This document shows positions 29,281-43,128 of a DNA stretch of 64,000 nt, piece after piece. The notes under the pieces were generated by a model. It searched no databases. It was not told the DNA's origin and saw only the letters and a program-made list of their open reading frames with translations. The position numbers and the translations under genes are program-made. Source of the DNA: the human T2T-CHM13v2.0 reference genome, Homo sapiens; the NCBI RefSeq assembly GCF_009914755.1, contig NC_060928.1. One strand, 5' to 3'. Within the stretch, counting starts at the first letter, position 1. Each line of letters opens with the position of its first letter.

Positions 29281-32200
29281 CTGTGATGTGTTTTGCTTTT
29301 AGGCCACAGAAGTTTGAATTGCACTTGGAAGAAAATAGTCAGTGGTTAAGCTACTCAGAGTGTTGGCACCAACCAGTTTTGTGGCCTTGGGGGAAGAAGC
29401 CAGGCCTGGAAAAAGGGGCAGTGTTCTTGGTCCTATAAGGAGGAGGAAACAGCCTAGCCAGGTCTGCTGTGGTGTGAACAGGCTCTAGGAAAGTCTTCAC
29501 CAGGTACTTTGGGAAGTGATTTCTTTGGTAGAGGGTAAAGAAAGTAATAGTTCCTGTGAGGTGCAGAAAATGTGTGTGGGTTTGGGGGTGGGGGTGTCTG
29601 TGCAGCATATAGGAGGGGAAAATCAGACTAAATGGAAGTTTAGTAGGAGCTTTTAATGTAGGTTTTGGCAGATTTGAGTAAGGTCTACTGGAATATTTTG
29701 TACCCTGGCTGTCCTTAACTGTGTATTTGGGAATATCTAGAACTGTAGAATAAATAACTAAAATGTATGGGGTTGACATTTAATCCAGGGCTTCTTGTTG
29801 CAGTACACTTTAAAACTGAATGGGGTTTTAGTCTGGGCGCAAGGGACTGTCTTTTGTTTGGCTTATCTTAGTCGGCTCCTACTCACACACCACAGAGTCG
29901 CTTTTCTTGGGCATAGTGGATCTCTATCAGGATCACTGGCATTTCCTGTAATATTTAGCAGAAAAAGGGTCATAGAGAAAGTATCCTCACAAACTCTTGG
30001 TTATTGAACCAACCAGCACCACCAAAATATTTGCTGTTAACATAGCACCTTTAAACGAACAAGTGACTTGTTATACCTTGTAGTTCTCAAACCTTCTCTA
30101 AGTGACTTTAACACAAGGAAATGAAAAGTAAAGCCAATCTGTTCGTATGACCAGCTGCATGTGAACATAAACCCTGGGAAACACAGCGGCCTCTGTGAGA
30201 GGGCTGCTTGCATAAACCTCACAGAGCCCTAAAGAGAATTTTTTTTTAAAGTATATATATACACACACGTGCACAAAAAGTATTACCGGAGTATATCTTG
30301 ACTTTTGTTCCTGAAAAAAAGTGAATATACTACAAAAATATATAAGAAGGTAAGATTGATTGATGGAGTTTACTTTCTGCTACCTAAAGACTTTTAAATA
30401 GATACTGAAGGATAAGGAAGCAAATTTAGTTTCAAGAAACCTAATACGTCTCAAAGTGAGTACGGGTGGGACCAAAAGTCCAGCAAGAGTGGGTCTAGGG
30501 AATCCCTTCTGTTAACTGTTTCATGGTTTAAAATGATCACTTTCCTAAAAGGAACAAGAAAAACTGGTCTAGTTTGTTTTCCAAGTTGGAAGTAAATACT
30601 TATGTAAGCAGCACCTGACTTTGCAGCGTTTCCATCTGTAATATCATTTAAGAATTTGGCCAGATCTCAAGTGATTTATGTTTAGCAAACGAGATTATCT
30701 TCAGCTTCCTATTGTGGAAGAGCAAATGGTTTGGGGTTTGGTTGCTGCTTTTCAGCCTCTTTTTAATTGCTTCTTCAAGGTAGTACTGCATTAATCTTTG
30801 TTATTTACCTTCAGTGTTGGTTTGCGACAGAAGCAAGAAACCAGAACAGTGGCTGAAGCTAGAATGGCTTTAAGTGTTAATACCCTTGTTGTAGAGCTAC
30901 CAAAAACAACAACTATTTATTAAGGTTGACGGAGAGAGAGCAAGAATGAGAAAGACCTTTTGCATACACTTGGAATTCAGCTTTTTGTATATATATTTTT
31001 TATCATATGACAGATGCTCTTAATTTTATGGACAAATGAAATAAAGGGAATCTTTAGATTGCTATTTTGAATGCTTATGATTGTTTATGTTTTTAAGAGT
31101 TTAATTTTCTCCCAATATAGGAAAACATTTATTTTTGAATTTGTGGCTACATATTGAAAAATAACACTTCTTTTTGATATTTGAGGATACATTATTATGG
31201 TAATGTGAATACCAACATACTGTTTATTTAAAATGTGGGTAAATTTTTAATATGTTCTACATTTAAATCAGCTTTTAGAGGCCCTGCGTTAAAGGTCTTC
31301 CTGTTATTAGGTTTAAATTTGTGTGAGAGAGGTAAACATTTTAGCAAATAAGTGATCATTTTATTTCCCATGGCTGGACAAAAAAATGAATGAAGTGTTT
31401 CAGAGCACAACATTTGGGAAAACTATGTATTACATATTTCATATACCCTGCAGATAAAAATAGCTACTCACATCTAGTTAGTGTGTTTCTGCTGTTGTAC
31501 CTACCACCACCACCACCTTTTCCTGAGTCTTAATTTGATGGTCTCTTCCTTAACTGCTGTCTTAATATTTTAAGTTTCATATCTTGCACACAGTGCAAAC
31601 CAAGCAAAGATTAAGTGTATAGAGAGGGTCACTCTGTCTTTCAGATTGTATCAGCTATTTTGAGTCTAATTCTTAAACTGCTCCTGATACCTTGGCAGCA
31701 GGCCATGTAGTTGTCATTTTGTCTCATTAGAGTTAAGTCTAGTCCTGTCAAGAACAGATTTACTAGTCTTTTTTAATTGCCTGCTTAAAATTTTTCATTT
31801 CCAAAATCAGCTGAAGAATTTAAGATCATGATAAGTATGGACCGAGGTCAGGTAAAAGTTCTGAGCAGATTAGGAATTCACTGAAGGAAGGAAATGAAGA
31901 GATGAAGGATTTTAAGGCTGTTGTGGAAGAGTGGAGGATTTCTGAAGCATTTGTGTTTAGGAAAATGGAATAGGGCTTAAATTGTGTGGTTGTATGGCAA
32001 TGGATATGAAGTTTATTTGACTGGTATAAATTATTTTCTTTTGTGCCTTTTTGCATTTAAGTATGCCATCTATTCTTCTAGGGAACTAGAGGCTAAGCAT
32101 GAGATAATTAGAAGGTTGAAGAAAACCAGATGAAGATAAGGTGGAATCTGGAGAGGACAAATAGGAAAGTGTGCCCAGCTAGCTGAAAATAATGATAGCA

Positions 32201-32491
32201 TGTTGGAGAACAAACAAGGGTTAAGTGTGCAGCCTCCTCATGGGCAAAGCCAGCAGAACCTATGTTCTGCCATATAAAGGAAAGAGGACTGAAAAAAAGG
32301 GAGGTGAAGAGATGTTTAGGAAGAAGCAGGATGTTTTTTGAGAAAACTTGTTGGATGAAATAATACATACATGCATCTCTGGGAATAGGAGAGGGCCAGG
32401 TTTCCCAGCAAATGGTCAGGCTTATTTTGTTGATGCTGCCTACCTAAGTGTGAGGTGAGGTATGGTGGGCATGGCACTCATTCTCGTGACA

Positions 32492-32720
32492 ATACCATGG
32501 TAGGATGATTATAGTTAATAATAAAATATAGTTTCAAATAGCTAGAAGGTAGATATTGAATGTTCCCAACACAAAGAAATGATAAATGTTTGAGACGATG
32601 AATATGCTAATTACACTGATCTGATCACTATACATTATATGTATCAAAACATCGCTAGGTACCCCATGGATATGTATAATTATCATATGCCAATTAAAAA
32701 TAAAATTTTAAAATTTTAAA
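32492..32720 (+). mobile_element. L1MA-type extreme 3' end
   Basis: gaatgttcccaacacaaagaaatgataaatgtttgag...aattaaaaataaaa. Confidence 0.85.
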
Positions 32721-32951
32721 AATGGAAAAGAATGTAGGGGCTATATTAGCCTCCAGGGAAATGTGGAGCCACGGCAGTTATGTGTGACATTGAAGGAAGT
32801 GGAAGACTGTAGCAGTTGGGACTGTGTAAGTGATTGGATAGCCTAATCGAGTCAGATCAGGGTAACCTAACAGGCTCATTTCTTTTTCTTGAATTATCCC
32901 TGACCTGAAGGACTTTGGGCATGGGATCGACTCTGTAATATATTGAGGGTA

Positions 32952-33250
32952 GGTCAGGCACAGTGGCTTACGCCTGTAATCCCACACTTTTGGAGGCTGA
33001 GGTGGGAGGATTGTTTGAGGCCAGAAGTTCGAGACCAGTCTGGGCAACAAGGGAGACTCTGTCCCTACAGAATATTAAAAAATTAGCCAGGCATGGTGGT
33101 GCATGCCTATAGTCCCAGCTACTTGGGAGGCTGAGTTGGTAGGACCCCTTGAGCTGAGAAGTTGAGGTTGCCGTGAGCTGTGATCATACCACTGTACTCC
33201 AGCCTGGGCAACAGAGTGAGACCCTGTCTCTAAAAAATAAAGTAAAATAA
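32952..33250 (+). mobile_element. AluJ
   Basis: Dimer; TSD tatattgagggta/tattttgagggta. Confidence 0.93.
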
Positions 33251-35099
33251 ATGTATTTTGAGGGTAAGGCTGACCATATTCTAATATGTATCATTAAGGT
33301 CCTTATTTTGCTCCCTCTAAGCCTCTTCCTGAGATGCACCATGGGTTCACATTGTTCCCTGACAGGACCCAGTGTGCTGGGGGTGTACTTCATGTTCCGT
33401 ATCTTTCTTGGTTTTCTTTCTACATGCCAATACTTACCTGTTCACTGTCTGAACAGTTTCTTCAGATAGTTTCACTAGATTCTTCAGATAACTGGAGCTA
33501 ATTGGTAAAATCATTCATTCTCTTGTGTAGGGTTAATTTATAACCCTTTCTGTGTTATATATTTACATTCAAAAGAAGGATTCATAGTATGTTACATAAC
33601 TCAAAGAAATGGTGGAATTTTTGGCATGCCTTTGAGTAAATATTAAGATGATGATATTACAGAGGAGTCATATATGCATATTTCACTCATGGGAATTCAA
33701 CTAATGCACCTGGCCAAAAGAAGAAAGAAGGGCAGGAAATAGCAATTGAGATTTGATGAGCATAGTCCTGGAGTGAGCATAAGATGGGAGTTGTGAGCCT
33801 GCTGTTTATAGGGGAGATTTAATTTCCTCTCAGAGTGAGAGCATTTTGGTCTGAACAGCATGGCCCATAAAATGCAAGCCGGTTACTTTCTCTGATGTTT
33901 ACCTGAACAGACAATAGTCTTTTCTGGATGGCTTATTGTGGACTTACTGAGAGATGGCTTAGTATTGTATTTTATGCGGAATTACATGGAGTTTTCAAGG
34001 GTAGTTTTACTATTTGTAATTGCTGCCTTGGTTTGACTTTAGATTCTAATCCAGTTCCCTGCATTATTAGGTATGACTTCACAGTGTTGGCCGGTTGAGG
34101 GTAGGTCTTTTAGAGCTCCTGTGAGCTCCTTGAGATTTGGGGCTGTGTGTTATTCATCATTGCCAAAGCAACTCAGAAAATATTTTTGTTGAATGAAATA
34201 ATGAATACTTAACACCCTGCCATGGTACCTAGAGCATGGGCACATTCTGGCTGTTTTGGTTTAGAAGAGATGGGTTTTGCTGAGTGATTTAGGCCATCTG
34301 TTGGAACTGGATTGCAAGTCATAGACTTGTTGAGACCATCTTTTCTTCCTACCTCTGGTGATGCCCTAGCCAAAGAAGGTGGCATTGGGGAGGGATGGTT
34401 GAAAGTAGAATGATGGTATGTCAGAGATGCCAGTAGCTTTGAAGAGGTTCTTATTATCCTTTCTGTTTTATACTGAATCCATATCTTCTGTGTCATGACA
34501 GGGCACCTTGATCGTCACAGACAATTTTGGCATTCCAGGAATGGATGACCTTCCAATTAGAAGATTACACTTCCTCCTTTGCCCCTTGCAGATGGTTTTG
34601 AACTCTAGAATTATGGGTGACATAAATTAAAGCTACTCGTAAAATATATGCCCCCAGCCTTCTGTTCTTTCCTTTTAAATGTGGTCCAGTTGTGCTCTAC
34701 AGTAATGATCCTAGTATTTTATGCACAACTTGCCCAGTAGCTTCCAATTATGTGTCACAAAGAAAAGTTTTAACTGTTTGGTAGGTGGCCTTGTCTGATG
34801 ACAATACCGAGCATGTGGCATTTTGTTCTGTGTCTCACAGTATCACCATGACACTGACTGAAAAATACCCTGGTTTCTGCAAGGTGTCTGATAGATCAGG
34901 CAAGATTAAATAAAGATAATTACCCCTGAGTTTTTCTATTTTTTACATTCCATTTAGAGAGGTTTGGTTACTGCCCTTGGTGAATTTGGAAGCTCCTATA
35001 TATGATATCCAGATCTTCCTACCAGACATGAATATGATCTGACTCCTAACCTCTCATTCTGATATAGCCTTCTGTCAGCCTCCTTAGCCAGTTTGATAT

Positions 35100-35259
35100 T
35101 TTTATTGTTTATTTACTTATTTTTTACCCTTTTTTCAAGAAATGGGGTCTCACAGTGTTGCCCAGGCTGGACTTGAACTCCCACTCCTGGGCTCCAGCAG
35201 TCCTCCTGCCTCACCTTTCCAAGTAGCTGGGGCTATAAGTACACACCACCATGCCCAGC
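35100..35259 (-). mobile_element. FAM/FLAM Alu monomer
   Basis: Single antisense monomer with T-rich tail. Confidence 0.85.
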
Positions 35260-35996
35260 AATATTTTTATTTCTGTAATGTGTCATTTAGCCAGTGATTG
35301 TTGTATTATAATAGAATCACAGAAATGGAGGGACTCCTAGAGGTAATCAAATCTGGTGGTTTTTAAGCCTTTTATTCCCTCTAAAGGGATAGTAAAACCA
35401 TTAAAAATATAATTTATCCCAATATGTAAGTCAGAGAAAGCTGAACTTCTGGTTTAGAGAGGAACACAGATGAAAGGCCAAATGCCTCCATCATTTCTCC
35501 ACTCTCCACCCAACCCAACCTTCAAGGTATCTGGGGGCTCTGTGGACCTCACTTTGAAGACCATAGTTCTGGAGTAATGAAGGACTACTATATTAAGTAA
35601 ATCCTTCTAGCACCGTTTAGCACCAGTTTGCTTGTATATTGCTTCCTGAGGGTAAAATTTTAAAACAAAACTGCTCCAAGTTCTTCCTCTGCATTTGTCT
35701 GTAGTGTGTATTACCTACAGACACTCACCAGTCATCAGGAAGCTTATTGTGTATCTTGAATGTTCAGCCCAACCAGCATACACTGTAGGTACCACAGGTG
35801 AGAGGCTGACCTGAGTGACAGAGTGGTACTCACTTTTTTATTTGATGATGAGTATGGCATCTGGATAGCACTTAAGAGATTGGAGTGTACTAGATGAGAT
35901 AGGCTCTAATTGTGTAGATCAGTGATTGTCAAAGTGTGGTCCCCTGACTAGCAGCATAGGCATCTTCCAAAACTTGTTAGAATACAAATTCTTGGG

Positions 35997-36288
35997 GGTT
36001 GGGTGCCATGGCTCATGGCTGTAATCCCAGCACTTCGGGAGGCTGAGGTGAGGATCATTTGAGGCCAGGAATTTGAGACCACTCTGGGCAACATAGTGAG
36101 ACTCTGCCTCTACAAAATGTTTTAAAAATTAGCCAGGCATGGTGGTGCACACCTGTAGTCTCAGCTACTAGAGAGGATCCCTTGAGCCCAGAAGTCCGTG
36201 GCTGCAATGAGCTGTGATCGCACCATTGCACTGCAACCTGGGTGACAGAGTGAGGCCCTGTCTCTTTAAAAGAAAAACAAAAACAAAA
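35997..36288 (+). mobile_element. AluJ
   Basis: Dimer with a deletion in the right arm; tail runs into L1. Confidence 0.9.
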
Positions 36289-39071
36289 ACTACCATCAGA
36301 GAATACTATAAACACCTCTACGCAAATAAACTAGAAAATCTAGAAGAAATGGATAAATTCCTGAACACATACACCCTCCCAAGACTAAACCAGCGAGATC
36401 GAATCCCTGAAGAGACCAGTAACAAATTCTGAAATTGAGGCAGTAATTAATAGCCTACCAACCAAAAAAAGCCCAGGATCAGACAGATTCATAGCTGAAT
36501 TCTTCCAGAGGTACAAAGAGGAGCTGATACCAATCCTTCTGAAACTATTCCAAACAATTGAAAAAGGAGGGACTCTTCCCTAACTCATTTTATGAGGCCA
36601 GCGTCATCCTGATACCAAAACCTGGCAGAGATACAACAGCAACAAAAAACTTCAGACTAATATCACTGATCAATATCCATGCGAAAATCCTCAATAAAAT
36701 ACTGGCAAACCAAATCCAGCAGCACATCAAAAAGCTTGTCCACCACGATCAAGTAGGCTTCATCCTTGGGATGCAAAGCTGGTTCAACAAACACAAATCA
36801 ATAAAAGTAACCCATCACATAAACAGAACCAACAACGAAAACCACATGATTATCACAGTAGATGCAGAAAAGGCCTTTGATAAAATTCAACATCCCTTCA
36901 TGTTACAAACTCTCAATAAACTAGGTATTGGTGGAACATATCTCAAAATAATAAGAGCTATCTATGACAAACCCATCCAATATTATACTGAATGGGCAAA
37001 AGCTGGAAGCATTCCCTTTGAAAACTGGCACATGACAAGGATGGCCTCTCTCACCACTCCTATTCAACATAGAAATAAAGGGTATTCATATAGAAAGAGA
37101 GGAAGTCAAATTGTCTGTTTGCAGATGACATGATTCTATGTTTAGAAGACCCCATCGTCTCAGCCCAAAAACTCCTTAAGCTGGTAAGCAACTTCAGCAG
37201 AGTTTCAGGATACAAAATCATTATGCAAAAATCACAAGCATTTGTAGACACCAACAATAGACAAGCAGAGAGCCAAATCATGAGTGAACTCCCATTCACA
37301 ATTGCTACAAAGAGAATAAAATAGCTAGGAGTACAACTTACAAGGGACATGAAGGAACTCTTCAAGGAGAACTACAAACCACTGCTCGAGGAAATAAGAG
37401 AGGACACAAACAAATGGAAAAACGTTCCATGCTCATGGATAGGAAGAATCAATATCATGAAAATGACCATACTGCCCAAAGTAATTTATAGATTCAGTGC
37501 TATTCCCATCAAACTACCCTTGACTTTCTTCACAGAATTAGAAAAACTACTTTAAATTTCATATGGAACCAAAAATGAGCTCATATAGCCAAGACAATCC
37601 TAAGCAAAAAGAACGAAACTGGAGGCATCACACTACCTGACCTCAAAGTATACTACAAGGCTACAGTAACCAAAACAGCACTGTACTGGTACCAAAACAG
37701 ACATATAGACTAATGGAACAGAACAGAGACCTCAGAAATAATGCCACACATCTACAACAATCTGATCTTTGACAAACCTGACTAAAACAAGCAATGGGGA
37801 AAAGATCCCCTACTTAATAAATGGTGCTGGGAAAACTGGCTAGTCACATGCAGAAAACTGAAACTGGACCCTTTCCTTACACCTTATAAAAAAATTAACT
37901 CAAGATGGATTAAAGACTTAAATGTAAAACCCAAAACCATAAAAACCCTAGAAGAAAACCTAGGCAATACCATTCAGGACATAGGCCTGGGCAGACTTCA
38001 TGATGAAAACACCAAAAGCAATTGCAACAAAAGCCAAAATTGAGAAATGGAATGTAATTAAACTAAAGAGCTTCTGCGAAGCAAAAGAAACTAGCATCAG
38101 AGTGAGCAGGCAACCTACAGAATGGGAGAAAATTTTTGCAGTCTACTCATCTGACAAAGGTCTAATATTCAGAATCTAAAAGGAACTTAAATAAATTTAC
38201 AAGAAAAAACAGCCCTATCAAAAAGTGGGCAAAGGATATGAACAGACACTTCTCAAAAGAAGACATTTATGTGGCCGAGAAGCATATGAAAAAAGCTCAA
38301 CATCACTGATCGTTAGAGAAATGCAAATCAAAACCACAATGAGATACCATCTCGTGCCAGTCAGAATGGTGATTATTAAAAAGTCAAGAAACAACAGTTG
38401 CTGGTGAGGCTGTGGAGAAATAGGGACACTTTTACACTGTCGATGGGAATGCAAATTAGTTCAACCATTGTGGAAGACAGTGTGGTGATTCCTCAAGGAT
38501 CTAGAACCAGAAATACCATTTGACCCAGCAATCCCATTACTGGGTATATACTCAAAGGATTATAAATCACTCTACTGTAAAGATACATGCACACATATGT
38601 TTACTCCAGCACTGTTTACAATAGCAAAGACATGGAACTAACCCAAACACCTATCAGTGATGGACTGGATAAAGAAAAGAAAATGTAGTACATATACACC
38701 ATGGAATACTATGCAACCATAAAAAAGAATGAGATCATGTCCTTTGCAGGGACATGGATGAAGCTGGAAGCCATCATCCTCAGCAAACTAACACAGGAAC
38801 AGAAAATCAAACACCACGTGTTCTCAATTATAATTGGGTGTTGAACAATGAGAACACATGGACACAGGGAGGGGAACGACACACACCAGGACCTGTCAGG
38901 GGGTGGAGGGCAAGGGGAGGGAGAGCATTAGGACAAATACCTAATGCATGCAGGGCTTAAAACCAGGATGATGGGTTGATAGGTGCCGCAAACCACCATG
39001 GCACATGTATACCTATGTAACAAACACTCACGTTCTGCACATGTATCCCGGAACTTAAAAAAAAAAAAAAA
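36289..39071 (+). mobile_element. 5'-truncated L1PA7/8-like element (disrupted ORF2 RT and C-terminal region, 3' UTR)
   Basis: ORF fragments 36558-37133, 37130-37324, 37349-37555 translate as L1 ORF2 (…[17 protein letters not shown]…[14 protein letters not shown]…); frameshifts, stops, poly(A). Confidence 0.97.
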
Positions 39072-39377
39072 AGCCGGGCACGTTGGCTCATGCCTGTAAT
39101 CCCAGCACTTGGGGAGGCCGAGGAGGGCGGATCACGAGGTCAGGAGATTGAGACCGTCCTGGCTAACGCAGTGAAACCCCGTCTCTACTAAAAATACAAA
39201 AAAATTAGCTGGGTGTGGTGGCAGGCACCTGTAGTCCCAGCTACTCCGGCGGCTGAGGCAGGAGAATGGCGTGAACCCAGGAGGCAGAGCTTTCAGTGAG
39301 CCGAGATTGCGCCACTGCACTCCAGCCTAGGTGAGAGAGCGAGACTCCATCTCAAAAAAAAAAAAAAAAAAAAAAAA
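39072..39377 (+). mobile_element. AluY
   Basis: ggatcacgaggtcaggagat, cctggctaac, gaatggcgtgaaccc diagnostics. Confidence 0.93.
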
Positions 39378-40429
39378 GAATACAAATTTGTGACTAGATC
39401 TCCTGAATCAGAAACTTTGAGGCTGGAGCCCAAGCAATTTGTATTTAATAAACTTTTTGGGTGATTCTGTTGCATGTTACAGTTTGAGAACCACTGGTGT
39501 CAGTGAATCCAGTGGCAATGCCAAAGGCTGGCCTGGGGTGCCTTAACCCTGCATCCCCTTTCTATTAGCATTCTTCTTGCTTTGCTATGGAAACTCAGTA
39601 TTTTTTTCACTCTTACGTGAAGTCTCAGGCAACTTTAGCTTCAAAACTAATACCCTAGGTTGGACTTCCAATTAGATTGCCACCCCATGCCCCATTTCTG
39701 TAGACATTCTAAAGTAGCCACTGGATGTGTATGTACACTAAGTTTTAGATGTTACCTTAGTTGGAAGGCTGGTCATTTATCAAAGGAAGTGATTTTCTGC
39801 TTAACTTACCAGGGCCTCATTTGTCTGAATACTGCTAAGGTAACTTGGGAATTATAGACCTTTCAGCCGCCTGTCTACTGTGAAGGTCTGATGGAGGGTT
39901 TCCTAAGGGCAGCACCTATGTAATCATGATCATCTGATCTGGGGTACTTTGTTATCATTATGAACCTGTTCCTGTTCTCAGTGTCTTTATGATTCACTAG
40001 GCAGTTATTCAGTATCCTGCAGTGAGGGATTCCTAGCCTGGGATCCCAAGAACCACCCCTGATAGCAGAAAAATAAGCTTTGCTTGAATATGTGGTTATA
40101 CTTTTTGTGAGTGGAAGGTCAGTAGTCTTCATGAGATTCTGAAAAGGCTCTATTGCCTTTTACCCTCTTCCCTCAAAAAAGCTGATTTACCATTGCTTTA
40201 GTTGCTTTTGGATAATAGTTTTAAGAAGTGTTCACAAGATTTGCAGCCATTTGAACTGGAAGACCTTTTGGTTTAAATTTCACAATCCTATATTAGCTTG
40301 TCTTGTCTACTCAGGCGTTACTGTATACCTTAAGTCAAGTAAGACTGGTTCTATACTTGTGCAATCTTGCTTTTCTGTTTTTGGTGTTTGAGAACAGTGC
40401 TTACTTGTTGCCATCAACAATAGTAATGC

Positions 40430-40570
40430 ATTTGGATAGTGCTTTCCAGCTTATCCAGTAATTTCAGGTATAGCTTCTTTTTAAAATTTGATACTGTGAG
40501 ACATATAGAGCAGGAGGATATTAGCCCTATTTTTACAGGTGATGACACTAAGGCTTACAGGTGATGACAT
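40430..40570 (-). mobile_element. MIR fragment with 22-bp-period duplication
   Basis: ccctatttttacaggtgatgacactaagg; ttacaggtgatgaca occurs twice (40533, 40555). Confidence 0.6.
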
Positions 40571-42675
40571 CACTAAAAACTAGGTTTACCCATCACATAA
40601 AAGCTTGGACACTCCCACTACACTCACGTTCTGGTTGCTTCCAAATATGCTTGAATGATGCCTAGAAAATTCTCAAAAGTTCATTATGTCTAAAAGACTG
40701 TTTACTGGCACATTAAATCATTATTGTCTCTAAAGGAAATGGATAATTTTAAAATTGTGGATTTCTTTTTTGCTTTTCCTTATTTTTCTTTAAAACAAAA
40801 CTTAGATATAGATATAATTTCCCCATTTCACAGTCAAATAAAACCCCTCTTCTTTTGCCTTCCACAGATACCTTTCAAAATCCTGTTCAATCATATATTT
40901 TAGGATGTCGGGTCAGGAGACGGCAAATCATTGCCAGCTGGTGGCATCACCTCATTTTCATTAGATTGTTCTTTGAGTTTCAAAGACTAGTGCCCTTGTA
41001 ACTTACATTACACAGCCTTAAAATTGCACATAAAAGTTTGCTGTGGAAGAGTAGCAAATGTAAGATAAATTGAGAAGGTTAAGGGGAAAACTGTGCTAAG
41101 AGCTTCTCATAAATGAATTCTCATCATAAAAGCACAGTGATTTTTCCAAGTGACAAATTAACTCAAGAATTGTGCTCTGCATTTTTAAACAATGTGTGGT
41201 AGAGTAGTATGGTAATTCCATTTGTCTTTAAGCCAGAGGTTAGTGCCTCAGCATATTACACTTGTGCTTTTTGACTAATAGTGTAGAAAAGAAAGCTGTG
41301 TGTATGGATATTTAATTTATTTTTACTTTGCAAATGTGTTATGTCTATGATTTAGTCAATAAACAGATGCTGTGTGTTAAGGCAGGCTGTCATAGAAAAG
41401 GAGTTTGTGTTGAGGCTTGGGGCCAGAACATTTTCCAAAAGGAATATTCGTGCTTAGAAAACTTCTTATAAATATTCTTGTTCAGACATGCATTCCTCTT
41501 TTACTTCAGTGGGGTCACTGAGTAGATGTTGGTCGTTTATTTCAGTTCCCTGCTATCGGGTCAGTAAAAAAGGTATTAGTGGAGTGTGGGTGGTTTTTCT
41601 TTCTGCTGCCAAGTTAGAGGTTTGATTGTGACAGTGAACTCTGAACAAATGACTTCATCTTTTTATGAGGAATATACATATTAATGTCATTCAGACAGTT
41701 TCTTGGGGACATACAAAATATCGGTATTAATTTTAGGGTTTGTATAATACAATGAGAATAAAGAGAAGAGGGTTCCTGCCCTGCCATCTTACAGTCTAGC
41801 TAGTGAAACCTGACAGATCATGTGAAAGCTCTGTATTCTTCTAGTCATTGATGTCAGTATTATGAGTTTAGACTGGGTAATCAATAATAATATCTTTGCC
41901 CTTTGCATCCTTCTACTGAAGTTTTCATTTTCCTTTCTTTGGACTGTGGCCTTATTGTATTTTTGCTCCAGGATTTTAATTTGTGGGGCAGGGACAGTAG
42001 GTGTGATGTTAGCTAATTGCCTACAATGCTGGCTGGCGTGGACTTGACCTTTCCAAATTGGAGCACAATACCAAAGATCACATTTTTAGTTGAATGAGAT
42101 TCTTTGTTGTTTCAATCTGAGGGGAATCTTAGTATCTGGGGATCAATGAATGCATATAGATGAGGGACAAGTGCTTGGTTCAGGAACTCCAGGGCCATTT
42201 ACCAATCAGTCCTCCAACCTGTGTGGTGGTCTTTACATTTCTTGGAAACATAATAGATTCAAGATATGAGGATAGGAGGGAGCCTGAAGCAAAGCAGTTC
42301 TCTAGATTTCCTCAAAGTTCCTTTTAACTCTGGATCTCTCTTGGAATTGTTCCTTTTTTTTTTTTTAAACTTTAGCGTATTTTTTCCAATAAGGAAAAAA
42401 AAAAAGAAAAAACCACCAAAACAGCACTCTGAATCTCTTCTTCCTATGGTGGAACCTAGTATTATGGAATCTGTTTACATCTAAATAAGGAAGGTAAATT
42501 ATAATTTCAACAGCATGCCAATCAGCAGACCTAGAAGCCATAACTTCTAAAAGAAAATTTATATTCTAATTTTTATTTGTTGCCTATGTTTCATAATTTT
42601 TAATCTAAGGTCTTTTTAGAAATGTTTGTTAGTCCAAATGAGTGCTCACAATATGGTAAACACATGGGAGATTTC

Positions 42676-43128
42676 TTTTTTTTTAAATTTTATTTCCATA
42701 CGTTATTGGGGATCAGGTGGTGTTTGGTTACATGAGTAAGTTCTTTAGTGGTGATTTGTGAGATTTTGGTGCACCCATCACCTGAACAGTATATACTGCA
42801 CCCAATTTGTATTCTTTTATCCCTTACCCTCTTCCCACCCATTCCCCCTGAGTCCCCAAAGTCCGTTGTGTCATTCTTATGCCTTTGCATTATCATAGCT
42901 TAGCTCCTACTTATGATTGAGAACATACAATGTTTGTTTTTTCCATTCCTGGGTTACTTAACTTAGAATAATATTCTCCAGTCTCATCCAGACTGCTGCG
43001 AATGCCATTCATTCATTCCTTTTTATGGCTGTGTAGTATTCCATGGCATATATACCACAGTTTCTTTATCTTCTCATTGATCGATGGGCATTTGGGTTGG
43101 TTCCACATTTTTGCAACTGCGAATTGTG
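42676..43128 (-). mobile_element. 5'-truncated L1PB 3' end
   Basis: gttctttagtggtgatttgtgagattttggtgcacccatcacc L1PB terminus in antisense. Confidence 0.9.

Larger units (their letters stand above)
35920..39496 (+). mobile_element. MER5A split into 35920-35995 and 39378-39496
   Basis: cagtgattgtcaaagtgtggtcccc start and agtttgagaaccactg end; TSD agaatacaaatt flanks the inserted block. Confidence 0.85.

Noticed and set aside
29351-29779. 142-aa minus-strand ORF
   Set aside because: No recognisable domain or splice context; probably chance or old repeat sequence.
33458-33492. ttcttcagata repeated at 23-bp spacing
   Set aside because: Trivial slippage duplication; not an array.
36558-37555. 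Reverse-transcriptase-like ORFs
   Set aside because: Frameshifted fragments of a 5'-truncated L1 ORF2 with an internal deletion; not a functional or novel RT system.
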